Virus record (IMG/VR): IMGVR_UViG_3300042363_000465
Location: 1 to 36,868 of that record
Reading direction: 5' to 3' (one strand)
DNA: 36,868 bases
From: a virus
Taxonomy: Duplodnaviria > Caudoviricetes
Shown: positions 18,634 through 27,520 of the stretch, piece after piece
Numbering within the stretch: the stretch's first letter is position 1
How the letters are laid out: the number at the start of each line of letters is the position of its first letter
Translations under genes and position numbers: made by a program
The notes under the pieces: model-generated
Database searches by the model: none
Told to the model about the DNA's origin: nothing
Seen by the model: the letters and a program-made list of their open reading frames with translations, nothing else

Positions 18634-18849
18634 ATGTGGAATTTAGAAGGTATGCAAGTTAAGGGTCGTTACATGGATGAGATTGTTGTTCGTGGACAGG
18701 TACTTAGAAGTAGAGTAGCATACGGCGGAGAAGTCCAGCATACTGTTAAACTAGACAAAGGGTTTACTTTGTTCGGTGGAGCAGTTCAGCGTGAAGCAGG
18801 CGATAATATCATTATTGAAAACAAATATATTACACAGGTGAAAGATTAA
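18634..18849 (+). CDS. Small hypothetical (probably early) protein
   Basis: 71 aa with an AAGGTG SD, just after the sigma70 promoter. Confidence 0.75.
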   Translation: MWNLEGMQVKGRYMDEIVVRGQVLRSRVAYGGEVQHTVKLDKGFTLFGGAVQREAGDNIIIENKYITQVKD

Positions 18850-18983
18850 TGCTATTACTAAGTAATGGTTATGCTCATCGTATTTTTAGCTGCCACTTAG
18901 AATTATTTGATTTTATTGGTGCTGAATTATTTGAATCTCTTATGAGTGATACTCACTCTCAATACACTTTAAGTTTTTATTAA
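18849..18983 (+). CDS. 44-aa hypothetical protein
   Basis: TAATG coupling to the upstream gene; MLLLSNGYAHRIFSCHLELFDF...; ends 10 nt before the tRNA. Confidence 0.4.
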   Translation: MLLLSNGYAHRIFSCHLELFDFIGAELFESLMSDTHSQYTLSFY

Positions 18984-18993
18984 TTATTTTTAC

Positions 18994-19070
<77 letters not shown>

Positions 19071-19075
19071 ATTTA

Positions 19076-19159
19076 GCCCGAGTGATGAAATGGTATACAT
19101 AGAAGACTTAAAATCTTCCGTCTAAAGACATGCCGGTTCGAGTCCGGCCTCGGGCACCA
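19076..19159 (+). tRNA. tRNA-Leu (UAA)
   Basis: gcccgag/ctcgggc acceptor stem, gaaga-ctTAAaa-tcttc anticodon arm, long variable arm, gccgg-ttcgagt-ccggc T arm, encoded CCA. Confidence 0.95.
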
Positions 19160-19175
19160 AATTAAGGAAATCTAA

Positions 19176-19901
19176 ATTAATACACTTTGGACATTTGGAG
19201 ATAGTTTTGTAGACGGGCTTCTAAAAGAAAGTCCCGCAGATCCTTCTTCAGGAAATTCTAAAGAAGAACGGTTAGACATATGTTTCGGGAATCAAATTTT
19301 TAAGAGAAGCAAATTATTTACAAAATTTTATAATATGGGAGTATCTGGTTCAGGTAATGAACAAATTGCGTATCAAGTTACTAAACTATTAGATAGTTTT
19401 GATAAAGATGATTTTGTTCTCATAGTATTCTCTAACATGCTAAGAGCGTGTAATTACAATTTTTTTACAGATGAATATGTAAGAGCAAGTGAAAACGAAC
19501 ATCAATATGCTAAAAGAAGTCCAGTATGGCAGACTGATATGATGTTGTTATATTTGCACTCACAACTAAAGTATAGAAATATATCTCATGTGTTTATGAA
19601 TTCATTTGAGCCTATTAACATGTACTCAAAATTTTCATATGAACAATTAAAATCTATAAATTATTATGAACCAGAGTATTTAGATAATACTTTATTCAAT
19701 ATTTTACTTGGTAAATTTTTACAGAAAAAAAATGATAAACTAGAATATCTAGAAATTGATCCTAGAAAAACTAGAATTTTTACAAAATTTAAAGGCTATG
19801 AAAACAATAAATATATTTCACCGTGTTTTCACCCTTCACCAGAAGGGCATGTACTTATCGCCGATACTTTAATTCCTATTATTACTGAATATAGGAAGTA
19901 G
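19176..19901 (+). CDS. SGNH/GDSL-like hydrolase or acyltransferase with a probable ATT start
   Basis: The frame is open 53 codons upstream of the track's 19335 start and contains LWTFGDSF (block I). NMGVSGSGN (block II) and C-terminal FHPSPEGH follow. An AAGGA SD lies 7 nt before ATT at 19176. Confidence 0.75.
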   Translation: MNTLWTFGDSFVDGLLKESPADPSSGNSKEERLDICFGNQIFKRSKLFTKFYNMGVSGSGNEQIAYQVTKLLDSFDKDDFVLIVFSNMLRACNYNFFTDEYVRASENEHQYAKRSPVWQTDMMLLYLHSQLKYRNISHVFMNSFEPINMYSKFSYEQLKSINYYEPEYLDNTLFNILLGKFLQKKNDKLEYLEIDPRKTRIFTKFKGYENNKYISPCFHPSPEGHVLIADTLIPIITEYRK

Positions 19902-20514
19902 GAATAGTTTGTTTATGATTAGTATCAAATATATAATCAGGTTCTTTATGATGACTTCTACGGTTAACACCTTCTTGATTGTAACCAATACCCATCAACA
20001 ACAGAACTTCATTTTCGATACCAGCATCTTTACCTACTTCAAAACCATTGAAACACAAGCAGCAACCAGTTTGATAACCCATTAAAGAAGATACAATATT
20101 AACATATCCAGCAGCAATACCGACGGCCATATCCGTATCTCTTTGAGTGAAGTCAGCAGTATCACCATAAACAGGATGTCCTTTAATAGCCATACCATCT
20201 GGGTTTTTTTCAAATGCTAGTAATACATTTGCGAGAGTTTGCGAGTTTGTTTGTGAAGAAAGTTTACCTTCCTTGCTTATATACATTCCCTGACCTTTAG
20301 TTTTATTGTGCATCTTTTCAATTACATCTCGGTTAGTAATAACATGAACTTTATAAAATGCACGATTTTGTTTACTAGGACATTGAGTGGCTGCTTCAAC
20401 AATTGCTTCTAAATCTTCTTTAGGGATTGATTTAGAAAGGTCCCAGTTTCTTTGAGTATGCTGACTAGAAGCAATAGCTTTTTTTAAGTCTAAATGAGAC
20501 AATTTGGTATACAT
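19882..20514 (-). CDS. Nitroreductase-family flavoprotein
   Basis: QRNWDLSKSIPKEDLEAIVEAATQCPSKQN, D.AVGIAAG....SLMGYQTGCC, LLMGIGY; GGAG SD. Confidence 0.85.
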   Translation of the reverse strand: MYTKLSHLDLKKAIASSQHTQRNWDLSKSIPKEDLEAIVEAATQCPSKQNRAFYKVHVITNRDVIEKMHNKTKGQGMYISKEGKLSSQTNSQTLANVLLAFEKNPDGMAIKGHPVYGDTADFTQRDTDMAVGIAAGYVNIVSSLMGYQTGCCLCFNGFEVGKDAGIENEVLLLMGIGYNQEGVNRRSHHKEPDYIFDTNHKQTIPTSYIQ

Positions 20515-20547
20515 ATATTTCTCCAGGAGTTATAAGTATTAATTACT

Positions 20548-20555
20548 TATTTATA
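20548..20555 (-). promoter_or_regulatory. T4-type late promoter for the nitroreductase
   Basis: TATAAATA on the minus strand, 33 nt before the ATG. Confidence 0.6.
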
Positions 20556-20563
20556 TAAAAATT

Positions 20564-21229
20564 ATGTTTAGAAAAATAAAAATTGATTTAGAAAAACCAG
20601 AAGCTGAAGTTACCGAACACGGTAGATTTTATCGCACACCAAGCGGTAATTTATATCCATCGGTTACTACTCTTATGTCCTATAAGTCAAAAGAGTCCAT
20701 CATGGCCTGGAGAGAATCAGTTGGTGAAAAAGAAGCCAATAGGATTAGTAATCAAGCAGCAACAAGAGGAACAAAGATTCACAATCTATGTGAAAAGGTA
20801 CTTTTAAACCAAGAGATTGATACAAGTAATCTTAGTATGTTAGATAAACAGATGTGGGATCAGTTTCGCCCACATCTTAACAGCATCAACAATATACATG
20901 CAATAGAAGATCCATTATTCAGTAATCATTTGCGCCTAGCAGGTCGTGTAGATTGTATTGCTGAATGGAATGGAAAGTTATCAGTCATTGACTTTAAAAC
21001 CTCTCGTAAAAAGAAGAGAAAAGAATGGATTGAAAGTTACTTCATGCAATGTACTGCATATGCCATTATGTTTGAAGAAATGACAGGAATACCTGTTCCG
21101 CAAATAGTAGTTGTTCTTTCAGTAGAAGATGATGAACCTCAAATCTATGTAGAAAGGCGTGACAATTATGCCAAACAACTTTTAGAACTGCGTTTAGAAT
21201 ATGAACGATTTTCAAAACTAATGTATTGA
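20564..21229 (+). CDS. PD-(D/E)XK exonuclease of T4-like phages
   Basis: YPSVTT, RGTKIH, AGRVDCIAE...VIDFKTS, QCTAYA. Confidence 0.9.
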   Translation: MFRKIKIDLEKPEAEVTEHGRFYRTPSGNLYPSVTTLMSYKSKESIMAWRESVGEKEANRISNQAATRGTKIHNLCEKVLLNQEIDTSNLSMLDKQMWDQFRPHLNSINNIHAIEDPLFSNHLRLAGRVDCIAEWNGKLSVIDFKTSRKKKRKEWIESYFMQCTAYAIMFEEMTGIPVPQIVVVLSVEDDEPQIYVERRDNYAKQLLELRLEYERFSKLMY

Positions 21230-21260
21230 CTTTAATTTTAAATACTATATAATATAAATA
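21226..21260 (+). promoter_or_regulatory. Overlapping sigma70-like and late promoters upstream of the SleB-gp33-gp59 unit
   Basis: TTGACT, 16-nt spacer, TATAAT (21248-21253), then TATAAATA (21253-21260). Confidence 0.6.
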
Positions 21261-21281
21261 TATATTCAAATAGGAGTTTGT

Positions 21282-21806
21282 ATGAAAAAGTTTATACTTT
21301 TAACAGCAACACTGTTAGCAGGTTGTTATAACGATGAGCCTGAAATAACACTAGAATATGAAGATATGTTTCATTATAATGTTAATGATCTTGGAAAGAT
21401 TACATATGAAGAAGTTGAGTGTTTAGCAAAAAATATTTATTTTGAAGGTCGAGGTGAAAGCCTACAAGGGCAAATAGCAATAGCACATGTTACTTTAAAT
21501 AGACAAAAAGATAAAAGATTTGAAGATAGTATATGTGATGTTGTTTATCAAGGTCCACTAGACAACAGAACAAACCCATTAAGACATCAGTGTCAATTTA
21601 GTTGGTGGTGTGATGGTAAAAGTGACGTTCCTAGAGACCTTTGGTCTTGGGGTAGATCAATGACTGTTGCTGTTAAAGTGTTAGAAGGCGAATACAAAGA
21701 TCCAACAAACGGTGCATTGTGGTTTCATAGTACAGAGGTAAATCCTGACTGGAAATTTGTAACATATAATGTTGGGAAAATTGATAATCATATATTTTAT
21801 AGATAA
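21282..21806 (+). CDS. SleB-like cell wall hydrolase (Hydrolase_2) with lipoprotein signal
   Basis: CLAKNIYFEGRGE, VTLNR, CQFSW.CDG, DPTNGALWFH, IDNHIFYR; lipobox LLAGC. Confidence 0.9.
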   Translation: MKKFILLTATLLAGCYNDEPEITLEYEDMFHYNVNDLGKITYEEVECLAKNIYFEGRGESLQGQIAIAHVTLNRQKDKRFEDSICDVVYQGPLDNRTNPLRHQCQFSWWCDGKSDVPRDLWSWGRSMTVAVKVLEGEYKDPTNGALWFHSTEVNPDWKFVTYNVGKIDNHIFYR

Positions 21807-21818
21807 TGGAGAACTTTT

Positions 21819-22109
21819 TTGCTATACCAAATAGAGAATGATTTTATGGTTGATTCAGAAAAAGTAACAGATACTTTTTTAATAACAAAAAAATTTAGAT
21901 CACCTTCTGAATTTTCTTATTTTATAGAAAGCACATCTAGAAAAACAAAGACATCTTGTATAGATATATTAATTAATTTTTGTATTGAAAATGAAATCGA
22001 ATCAGAAAGTATTGCTAAACTTATTAATGCAAGTTTAAAGGAAAAATTAGAGTCTGAAGCACAGGAATTAAATTTGCTTAAAACTAAATCTTATAAATTA
22101 CCTTTTTAA
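21819..22109 (+). CDS. gp33: Late transcription co-activator gp33
   Basis: FS..IE...C.ENEIE.ESIAKLIN.SLKEKLE.EA..LNLLK...KLP; conserved 33-59-32 order. Confidence 0.85.
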   Translation: MLYQIENDFMVDSEKVTDTFLITKKFRSPSEFSYFIESTSRKTKTSCIDILINFCIENEIESESIAKLINASLKEKLESEAQELNLLKTKSYKLPF

Positions 22110-22110
22110 T

Positions 22111-22698
22111 ATGACTGCATTTGAAGTATACAAGCTATATACAGCATTGCGTTTACATTTTACATACGCAAAGTATGATATAACAGTAACTAAAGGTCGC
22201 ATGGCAAATCTCCGAGATGCCTTTGATAGAAAACGTGATACGAAATACATGTATAAATTAGCAAGTGAATATTCTAGAAAAGAAGTAATAGACATTTTAA
22301 TTGCTAATTTTATTACGGGCGATCCCACTGCAAATATTTACACTGGAAACTTTGTAGATAATTACAAAAAGTTGTTGACAAACAGAAAGAGAATGTTGTA
22401 TAATTTGGATACAGACTTAGATAATATCTTATTCAGGATGGAAAAAGAAAAGATTAAGTCTGCGTGTAAGGAAGGGCAACACCCGCTAATCTTCAGAATG
22501 TACATGGGTGGGGATATACATTTGGAATCACTTGTTATTATGGAAAAACTATATCCTTATGTTGAAGATTATAAAACTGATTTTGTATTAGAACACTTGT
22601 GCTTGCTAATTACAAAATATAAACCGTTTGTTAGGTTTGACAAAAATATTGTTGTACAGAAATATACAGGTAAAATGTTGCAATGTCTAAGTCAGTAA
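22111..22698 (+). CDS. gp59: Helicase loader gp59
   Basis: FEVYKLY.ALRLHFT..KYD, F..KRD...KL, GQHP.I, KYKPF. Confidence 0.9.
   Translation: MTAFEVYKLYTALRLHFTYAKYDITVTKGRMANLRDAFDRKRDTKYMYKLASEYSRKEVIDILIANFITGDPTANIYTGNFVDNYKKLLTNRKRMLYNLDTDLDNILFRMEKEKIKSACKEGQHPLIFRMYMGGDIHLESLVIMEKLYPYVEDYKTDFVLEHLCLLITKYKPFVRFDKNIVVQKYTGKMLQCLSQ
22375..22404 (+). promoter_or_regulatory. Possible sigma70 promoter inside gene 59 serving gene 32
   Basis: TTGACA, 18-nt spacer, TATAAT. Confidence 0.4.
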
Positions 22699-22862
22699 GA
22701 AAAGTCCCCGAAGAAAAGAAAATTCATCGGGTTGTTAAGAGTTACCCTGTGAAAGAAATTGATCAGGTTTTAAAACGTATAAATAATTTTGAGGATCTAG
22801 AGAATATTGATCTAGATGAAGTCTTTGAAAATTATTATAATACAACAACAATACATCGCTAA
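22683..22862 (+). CDS. 59-aa hypothetical protein between gp59 and gp32
   Basis: MSKSVRKVPEEKKIHRVVKSY...DLDEVFENYYNTTTIHR; basic N-terminus and acidic C-terminus. Confidence 0.55.
   Translation: MSKSVRKVPEEKKIHRVVKSYPVKEIDQVLKRINNFEDLENIDLDEVFENYYNTTTIHR
22778..22785 (+). promoter_or_regulatory. Late promoter upstream of gene 32
   Basis: TATAAATA about 100 nt before the gp32 ATG. Confidence 0.5.
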
Positions 22863-22886
22863 TATAACGCAAATACGGAGAAATTT

Positions 22887-23795
22887 ATGGCTTTTAATTC
22901 CCTTTCAGACCTTCGCAAGAGTCGTGGCAATTTTGATTCATTGATGAAGGAAGTTGAAAAACTTGATGCCCCGCAAGGCAAAGATGATTTAAATGTATGG
23001 AAACCTACAGTAGACCAAGCAGGTAACGGATATGCTATTATTCGATTCTTGCCTGCACCTCAAGGTGAAGATATGCCTTGGGTACAAATTTGGAATCATG
23101 GATTTCAAGGACCTTCAGGTAAGTGGTACATTGAAAATTCACTCACTACACTTAAACAAGCAGATCCAGTATCTGAACTCAACACAGAACTTTGGAACAG
23201 TGGTCTAGAATCAAATAAAGAAGTGGCTCGTAAACAGAAGCGCCGACTCTCTTATTACTCTAATATACTTGTTGTGGAAGATTCCGGTAATCCCGCAAAC
23301 AATGGTAAAGTCTTTCTTTATAAATTTGGTAAAAAGATTTTTGACAAAATTAAAGATGTGATGCAACCAGAGTTTGCAGACGAAACTCCAATGAATCCAT
23401 TTGATTTTTGGGATGGCGCTAATTTCAAACTTAAAATTCGTAAAGTTGAAGGTTATCAAAATTATGATAAGTCTGAGTTTGCATCACCTAGCCCAATTGC
23501 TAATAATGATGACGCTATTGAAGTCATTTGGAAAAATCAACATTCATTAGCAGCCATTGTAGCTCCTAGCAATTTCAAATCATATGATGAGTTGAAGAAA
23601 AAACTGGACTTTGTTCTTGGTAACAGTGCTAAAGTAGGATCAGCAGAAAACATTTCCAGAGTAACGGGTGATGCTGCTGACGATCACTTCATGGATAAAG
23701 TGACCAAGATGGCTTCAACTAAAGCACCTGTGATTGAAGAAGAAGATGAGGATGAAACTTTGTCTTACTTTGCCAAACTTGCTAATGACGATTAA
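22887..23795 (+). CDS. gp32: Single-stranded DNA-binding protein gp32
   Basis: GNGYAIIRFLP, HGFQGP.GKWYIENSLTT, KRRLSYYSNI, NPFDFWDGANFKLKIR, NYDKSEF, acidic tail LSYFAKLANDD. Confidence 0.97.
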   Translation: MAFNSLSDLRKSRGNFDSLMKEVEKLDAPQGKDDLNVWKPTVDQAGNGYAIIRFLPAPQGEDMPWVQIWNHGFQGPSGKWYIENSLTTLKQADPVSELNTELWNSGLESNKEVARKQKRRLSYYSNILVVEDSGNPANNGKVFLYKFGKKIFDKIKDVMQPEFADETPMNPFDFWDGANFKLKIRKVEGYQNYDKSEFASPSPIANNDDAIEVIWKNQHSLAAIVAPSNFKSYDELKKKLDFVLGNSAKVGSAENISRVTGDAADDHFMDKVTKMASTKAPVIEEEDEDETLSYFAKLANDD

Positions 23796-23810
23796 TATTC
23801 GTTAAAATAG

Positions 23811-23835
23811 AAAAGGGACTTAGGTCCCTTTTTTT
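23811..23835. terminator. Bidirectional intrinsic terminator between convergent genes
   Basis: aaaagggac-ttag-gtccc followed by a T tract; A tract on the other side. Confidence 0.9.
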
Positions 23836-26101
23836 ATATCCCTGCAAATGTTCTGTCTTGAAATCGCTGAATAATATTACTATTATTTCTAGGAGTAGAA
23901 GGCGTTGTTAAGATTTGAGGTGCAGCAGGAGATGCTGATGTGTTATTATTTGTAATATTATTAATAATAGGAGGAGCAGATTGAGTACTAGGTGTAGATA
24001 AGTTTGTCATGTTTTGAATAGCATTGCTAGTAACTGATTGACTCGCCGCAACTTCACTCTGCGTACCCTGTAGCATTTCGCGGGCAGCTTTAGCAGAATT
24101 TTGTTGATATTTTTCATCTTCAGTTAGAAGTTCAGATGGAACGGCAACACCATTTATTACAGCCGGTACTGGTCCGTTATACTCAACATCTAATTTTGTA
24201 GGATCTAAATTCATTTGTTCTGCGAGTTCCATCTCCCTTTCATTTTTTTCTTTTGCATTACGAATTGGGATGACTGGGCCTGAGGTAGTGCCTTCAAAAC
24301 CCAAGTCACGTTCCAGGCGCTGTCTGCGTGTCAGCGGCGTTGTTGAAACATTCTCCGCAGTACCTTCAACAAGTTCTGGTGTTGTTGCCGCAGGAGTCGC
24401 AGTAGCAAGTGATGACCCCTGATCTTGCATTTGTTGTTTATATTTTTCTTGAACTTCAGGTGGAAAACTTTCAATATCACCTGGGCCATATTCAATTCTT
24501 GCCATTTGATCTTCAGTAAGAGGCTCTTCCTGACCAGGATAAAATGGTTCGTTACCAATCATAATACCACCAGCGTTTTTTACGGCTAGTTGATCTTCAA
24601 GGCTTTCTCTTTGTCTGGCAAATCCTGCGCGGCTAGGAGACATTCCATCAAATCTGTTGGGATCGCGTTCCGGGATAACAGAAGTCGCAGTACCTTCAAC
24701 GGGTCCTGGTGTTGTTGCAGCAGGAGTTGCAGTGCCTTCCGAAGGCACTACATTTCGTCTATCAATTATAGCTTGACGCTGTTGTCGCTGAGGACCATTT
24801 TCACCTGCTCGATCTGCTGCTTCTTGTAAAGATTGTTGTGAGTTTTCAGCTTCACGGTCTGCTTGATAAGAACCGTCTTCCATCTTTTCTTCAACACTAT
24901 CTATTAGACCAAAAGTAAGCCCACTACCAATATTTCTTCCTGCATTTTGAAATTTTTGACCCAAAGTAGCATCTTCATCTGCGTTGAATCCTTTAAACCC
25001 ATCGTATGCCGCCATACCTGCTGTAAGACCTAATCCTACAGGTCCTAAAAATCTACCAGCACCTCTTGCAAATCTACCTAAATTTCCTAATCTGCCTGGT
25101 CCAGGTCTAGGTCCAGGTCTAGGTCTAGGACCTGCTCTAGGTCTTCTGCTAGGCAAATCTATATCTGGTATGATAGAACCTAATCCCCCACCCAATCCGC
25201 CAGATGGTTTGCCAGAAATTAGTTTTAGTTCTTCTAAAATATCTTTTAAAACTTGTAGCTGTTCGGCAGCAGGATCATTTACATCAATACCTGACATTGT
25301 TTTAGGAGCGTCTTTTGTAATAATAGGTTGATCAGCTATTATTACTTTTTCAGGACCTTTTTTATTACTAGATCCTGTTTCAGCAACTTTCTCTTTATTA
25401 TTTTTTGCCTGTATTTCAGATACGCTTTTATCTTCACTGTTGTCCAGCGCAACACTGTTTGTGACTAATTCTGCTATACCTTTTGTTTGATTTTCTTTTC
25501 CCAATTCAGCGGTAGCTTCTTGTTGAGCAGCAGTAGGTCCTCCAGAAAATAAGCCAGTCCCTAAAAATCCTCTGTTTGTTCCAAACATTCTGCCTGGTTC
25601 ACTGAACGCTTGTGCAATTGATCCTCCAAATCCTTTGTCAGCATCAGCTCCCATAAATTTTGCAAATTTCTGTTTAACTGTATTGCCTTCATTCAATGAT
25701 TTTCTTTGTCCTACAGCATCTATTATCTTTTCAAATTTCTTAGAAGTATCTTTCTCCATGGAAAGTAAAAACTTTTCCATAGCCTTTTCTATATTGCTAG
25801 TTTTTCCAGATTCTAACGACTTTATATAAGAATCAAATAATTTCTTAGTTTTTTCATCTTGTTTATTTAAAAGTTCTTGAAAATTTTGAGTATCATTAGA
25901 AATAGCTTCAGTTAGTTTACTAACCGCGGCAGAAATATTTGTAGTAGAAGAGTCTCTAGTAGATGTCATAGACATACCAGCTCTCATACTTTGCGCTAAC
26001 CTATTAGCGCCTTCCGAAGTAAATCTTCCAGTATTCGAATCTCTTACATTCGAACCAGAAAATCCTTCGTCTGCTATATTTCTGCCTTCTACATTAAGCA
26101 T
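23834..26101 (-). CDS. Tape-measure/baseplate hub-like protein (gp29-like by position)
   Basis: 755 aa; helical N-terminus, Gly/Arg-rich RFLGPVGLGL segment, C-terminal PPIINNITNNN; follows gp26/gp51. An imperfect ~48-bp repeat lies at 24356 and 24686. Confidence 0.55.
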   Translation of the reverse strand: MLNVEGRNIADEGFSGSNVRDSNTGRFTSEGANRLAQSMRAGMSMTSTRDSSTTNISAAVSKLTEAISNDTQNFQELLNKQDEKTKKLFDSYIKSLESGKTSNIEKAMEKFLLSMEKDTSKKFEKIIDAVGQRKSLNEGNTVKQKFAKFMGADADKGFGGSIAQAFSEPGRMFGTNRGFLGTGLFSGGPTAAQQEATAELGKENQTKGIAELVTNSVALDNSEDKSVSEIQAKNNKEKVAETGSSNKKGPEKVIIADQPIITKDAPKTMSGIDVNDPAAEQLQVLKDILEELKLISGKPSGGLGGGLGSIIPDIDLPSRRPRAGPRPRPGPRPGPGRLGNLGRFARGAGRFLGPVGLGLTAGMAAYDGFKGFNADEDATLGQKFQNAGRNIGSGLTFGLIDSVEEKMEDGSYQADREAENSQQSLQEAADRAGENGPQRQQRQAIIDRRNVVPSEGTATPAATTPGPVEGTATSVIPERDPNRFDGMSPSRAGFARQRESLEDQLAVKNAGGIMIGNEPFYPGQEEPLTEDQMARIEYGPGDIESFPPEVQEKYKQQMQDQGSSLATATPAATTPELVEGTAENVSTTPLTRRQRLERDLGFEGTTSGPVIPIRNAKEKNEREMELAEQMNLDPTKLDVEYNGPVPAVINGVAVPSELLTEDEKYQQNSAKAAREMLQGTQSEVAASQSVTSNAIQNMTNLSTPSTQSAPPIINNITNNNTSASPAAPQILTTPSTPRNNSNIIQRFQDRTFAGI

Positions 26102-26213
26102 GTTTCTTATCTGCCTTGTTCTTTAAATGAACGACTAGCATTCCTATGTACACTTCTCTCTCCCAGGGCATCATATTTTCTAGTTCAGTCAAACTATAAT
26201 GATGTTCTTGCAT
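26094..26213 (-). CDS. gp51: gp51-like baseplate hub assembly segment; frame open back to 26270, probably reached by -1 frameshift from gp26
   Basis: (RITLSQDSIENFYKTNFLL)MQEHHYSLTELENMMPWEREVYIGMLVVHLK. Confidence 0.75.
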   Translation of the reverse strand: MQEHHYSLTELENMMPWEREVYIGMLVVHLKNKADKKHA

Positions 26214-26263
26214 TAATAAGAAATTCGTTTTATAAAAATTTTCAATCGAATCCTGGGAAAGAG

Positions 26264-26956
26264 TTATCCGAAAAAATGCTCGTAACCGTTTATACCAACG
26301 TAATTATCTTTACCACATGTTTTACAAGTAAATGATATCTCATGTCCTAATACTGGAATAGTTGTTAAAAATTCTTCAATATCTTGCATTAATTTAATAG
26401 GTAAATTTTCAATAAATGCAATCATGTTTCCAGGTGTTTCATCCCTAGGATCAATAACTTCTTCTCCGTTTACTATCTGTTCAATGCAATTAATAACTAT
26501 CTCAGTATCTGATAGAGTATCTACTTTACCCTGATATTCTGCTGTTGGATACCGTATAACTATAGATACTTCATCATTGATTTTAAATTCTTTTTTAGTT
26601 GTATCTACTTCACCGTATATTTTATAGTCTTCAATATTCATTTCATAACGCATTGAAGATTTGCACGATCCACATGTTAAATTGAATTCTTGTATTGTAC
26701 CCACAGATTTTGCTTTTATTTTCAAAAACAAATACTGTATTTGATACATTGTTAAATTCTTATCGTTGTACAATCCAAATGTACAATTTTCTATAACTTG
26801 TGAACACGCTGATACTCTTTCAGATAAAGTTTCAGATTCGCTCGCGAGTATTAATAGCTTTTCTTCTTTTACCAAAAACGGTCTGTACTTTACTGGTTTT
26901 TTAATTCCAGGAATCACAATTGTAAATGTTGGTGTTATAATTTCAGGTAGTGCCAT
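26264..26956 (-). CDS. gp26: Baseplate hub assembly protein gp26-like
   Basis: MALP...KYRPFLVKEEKLL, YLFLKIKAKSVG, two CxxC motifs, ends GYEHFFG. Confidence 0.85.
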   Translation of the reverse strand: MALPEIITPTFTIVIPGIKKPVKYRPFLVKEEKLLILASESETLSERVSACSQVIENCTFGLYNDKNLTMYQIQYLFLKIKAKSVGTIQEFNLTCGSCKSSMRYEMNIEDYKIYGEVDTTKKEFKINDEVSIVIRYPTAEYQGKVDTLSDTEIVINCIEQIVNGEEVIDPRDETPGNMIAFIENLPIKLMQDIEEFLTTIPVLGHEISFTCKTCGKDNYVGINGYEHFFG

Positions 26957-26971
26957 AATATTCTCCGATGT

Positions 26972-27520
26972 TTATAATATTCGTTCCCAGTACTTAGCAG
27001 ACATTGAAACTGACATTCGCATGAATCCAATATTTCCCCAAGCTAATGGTGTCAAGTTAATTAGTTTTGGTATTGCTTCATATATTTTCCACTTTGCTAA
27101 AACATTATTTTCTGTATCTAATGATTTTATTTCCAAGTCTGAATACATTTGATCATGAAATTTAACTTCTTTACTTATTGGATTGACACAATGTTGAATC
27201 CAGGTTTCAAACAAAGTTCTTGCTTGCCAATTTTCTTCAACAATAAAAGTGAAAACTATATCTGATGTTAAAAAATCTAAGTTCTGTGTTCGATATTCTG
27301 TCCACGGTCCTATTTTAATAGGAACGGTATTAGTAACAAACCCAGGTATTTGTGCTTCTTCGCACATTAACGTTAACAATCTAAGTGTATCATTTTTATT
27401 TGAAATACCTAATTCTTTAGGTAAATTAAATGTTACTTCAAATCTTTCTGTTCTTGGTAGGTGCTTGGTTCTGACAACGTTTAAAAAATTATCAAGACCG
27501 AATAGTGATTTTTCTGCCAT
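26972..27520 (-). CDS. Tail-tube-fold protein (gp54-like tube initiator)
   Basis: MCEEAQIPG, FTFIVEENWQARTLFETW, LEIKSLD...IYEAIP; position between gp2 and gp26. Confidence 0.7.
   Translation of the reverse strand: MAEKSLFGLDNFLNVVRTKHLPRTERFEVTFNLPKELGISNKNDTLRLLTLMCEEAQIPGFVTNTVPIKIGPWTEYRTQNLDFLTSDIVFTFIVEENWQARTLFETWIQHCVNPISKEVKFHDQMYSDLEIKSLDTENNVLAKWKIYEAIPKLINLTPLAWGNIGFMRMSVSMSAKYWERIL

Noticed and set aside
20564-21229. Exonuclease as Cas4 of a CRISPR system
   Set aside because: It lacks the Cas4 Fe-S Cys pattern and an array, and sits in the usual T4-like core position.
24331-25829. Short alternative ORFs within the 755-aa gene
   Set aside because: They are fully nested antisense or off-frame ORFs with no motifs or SD.
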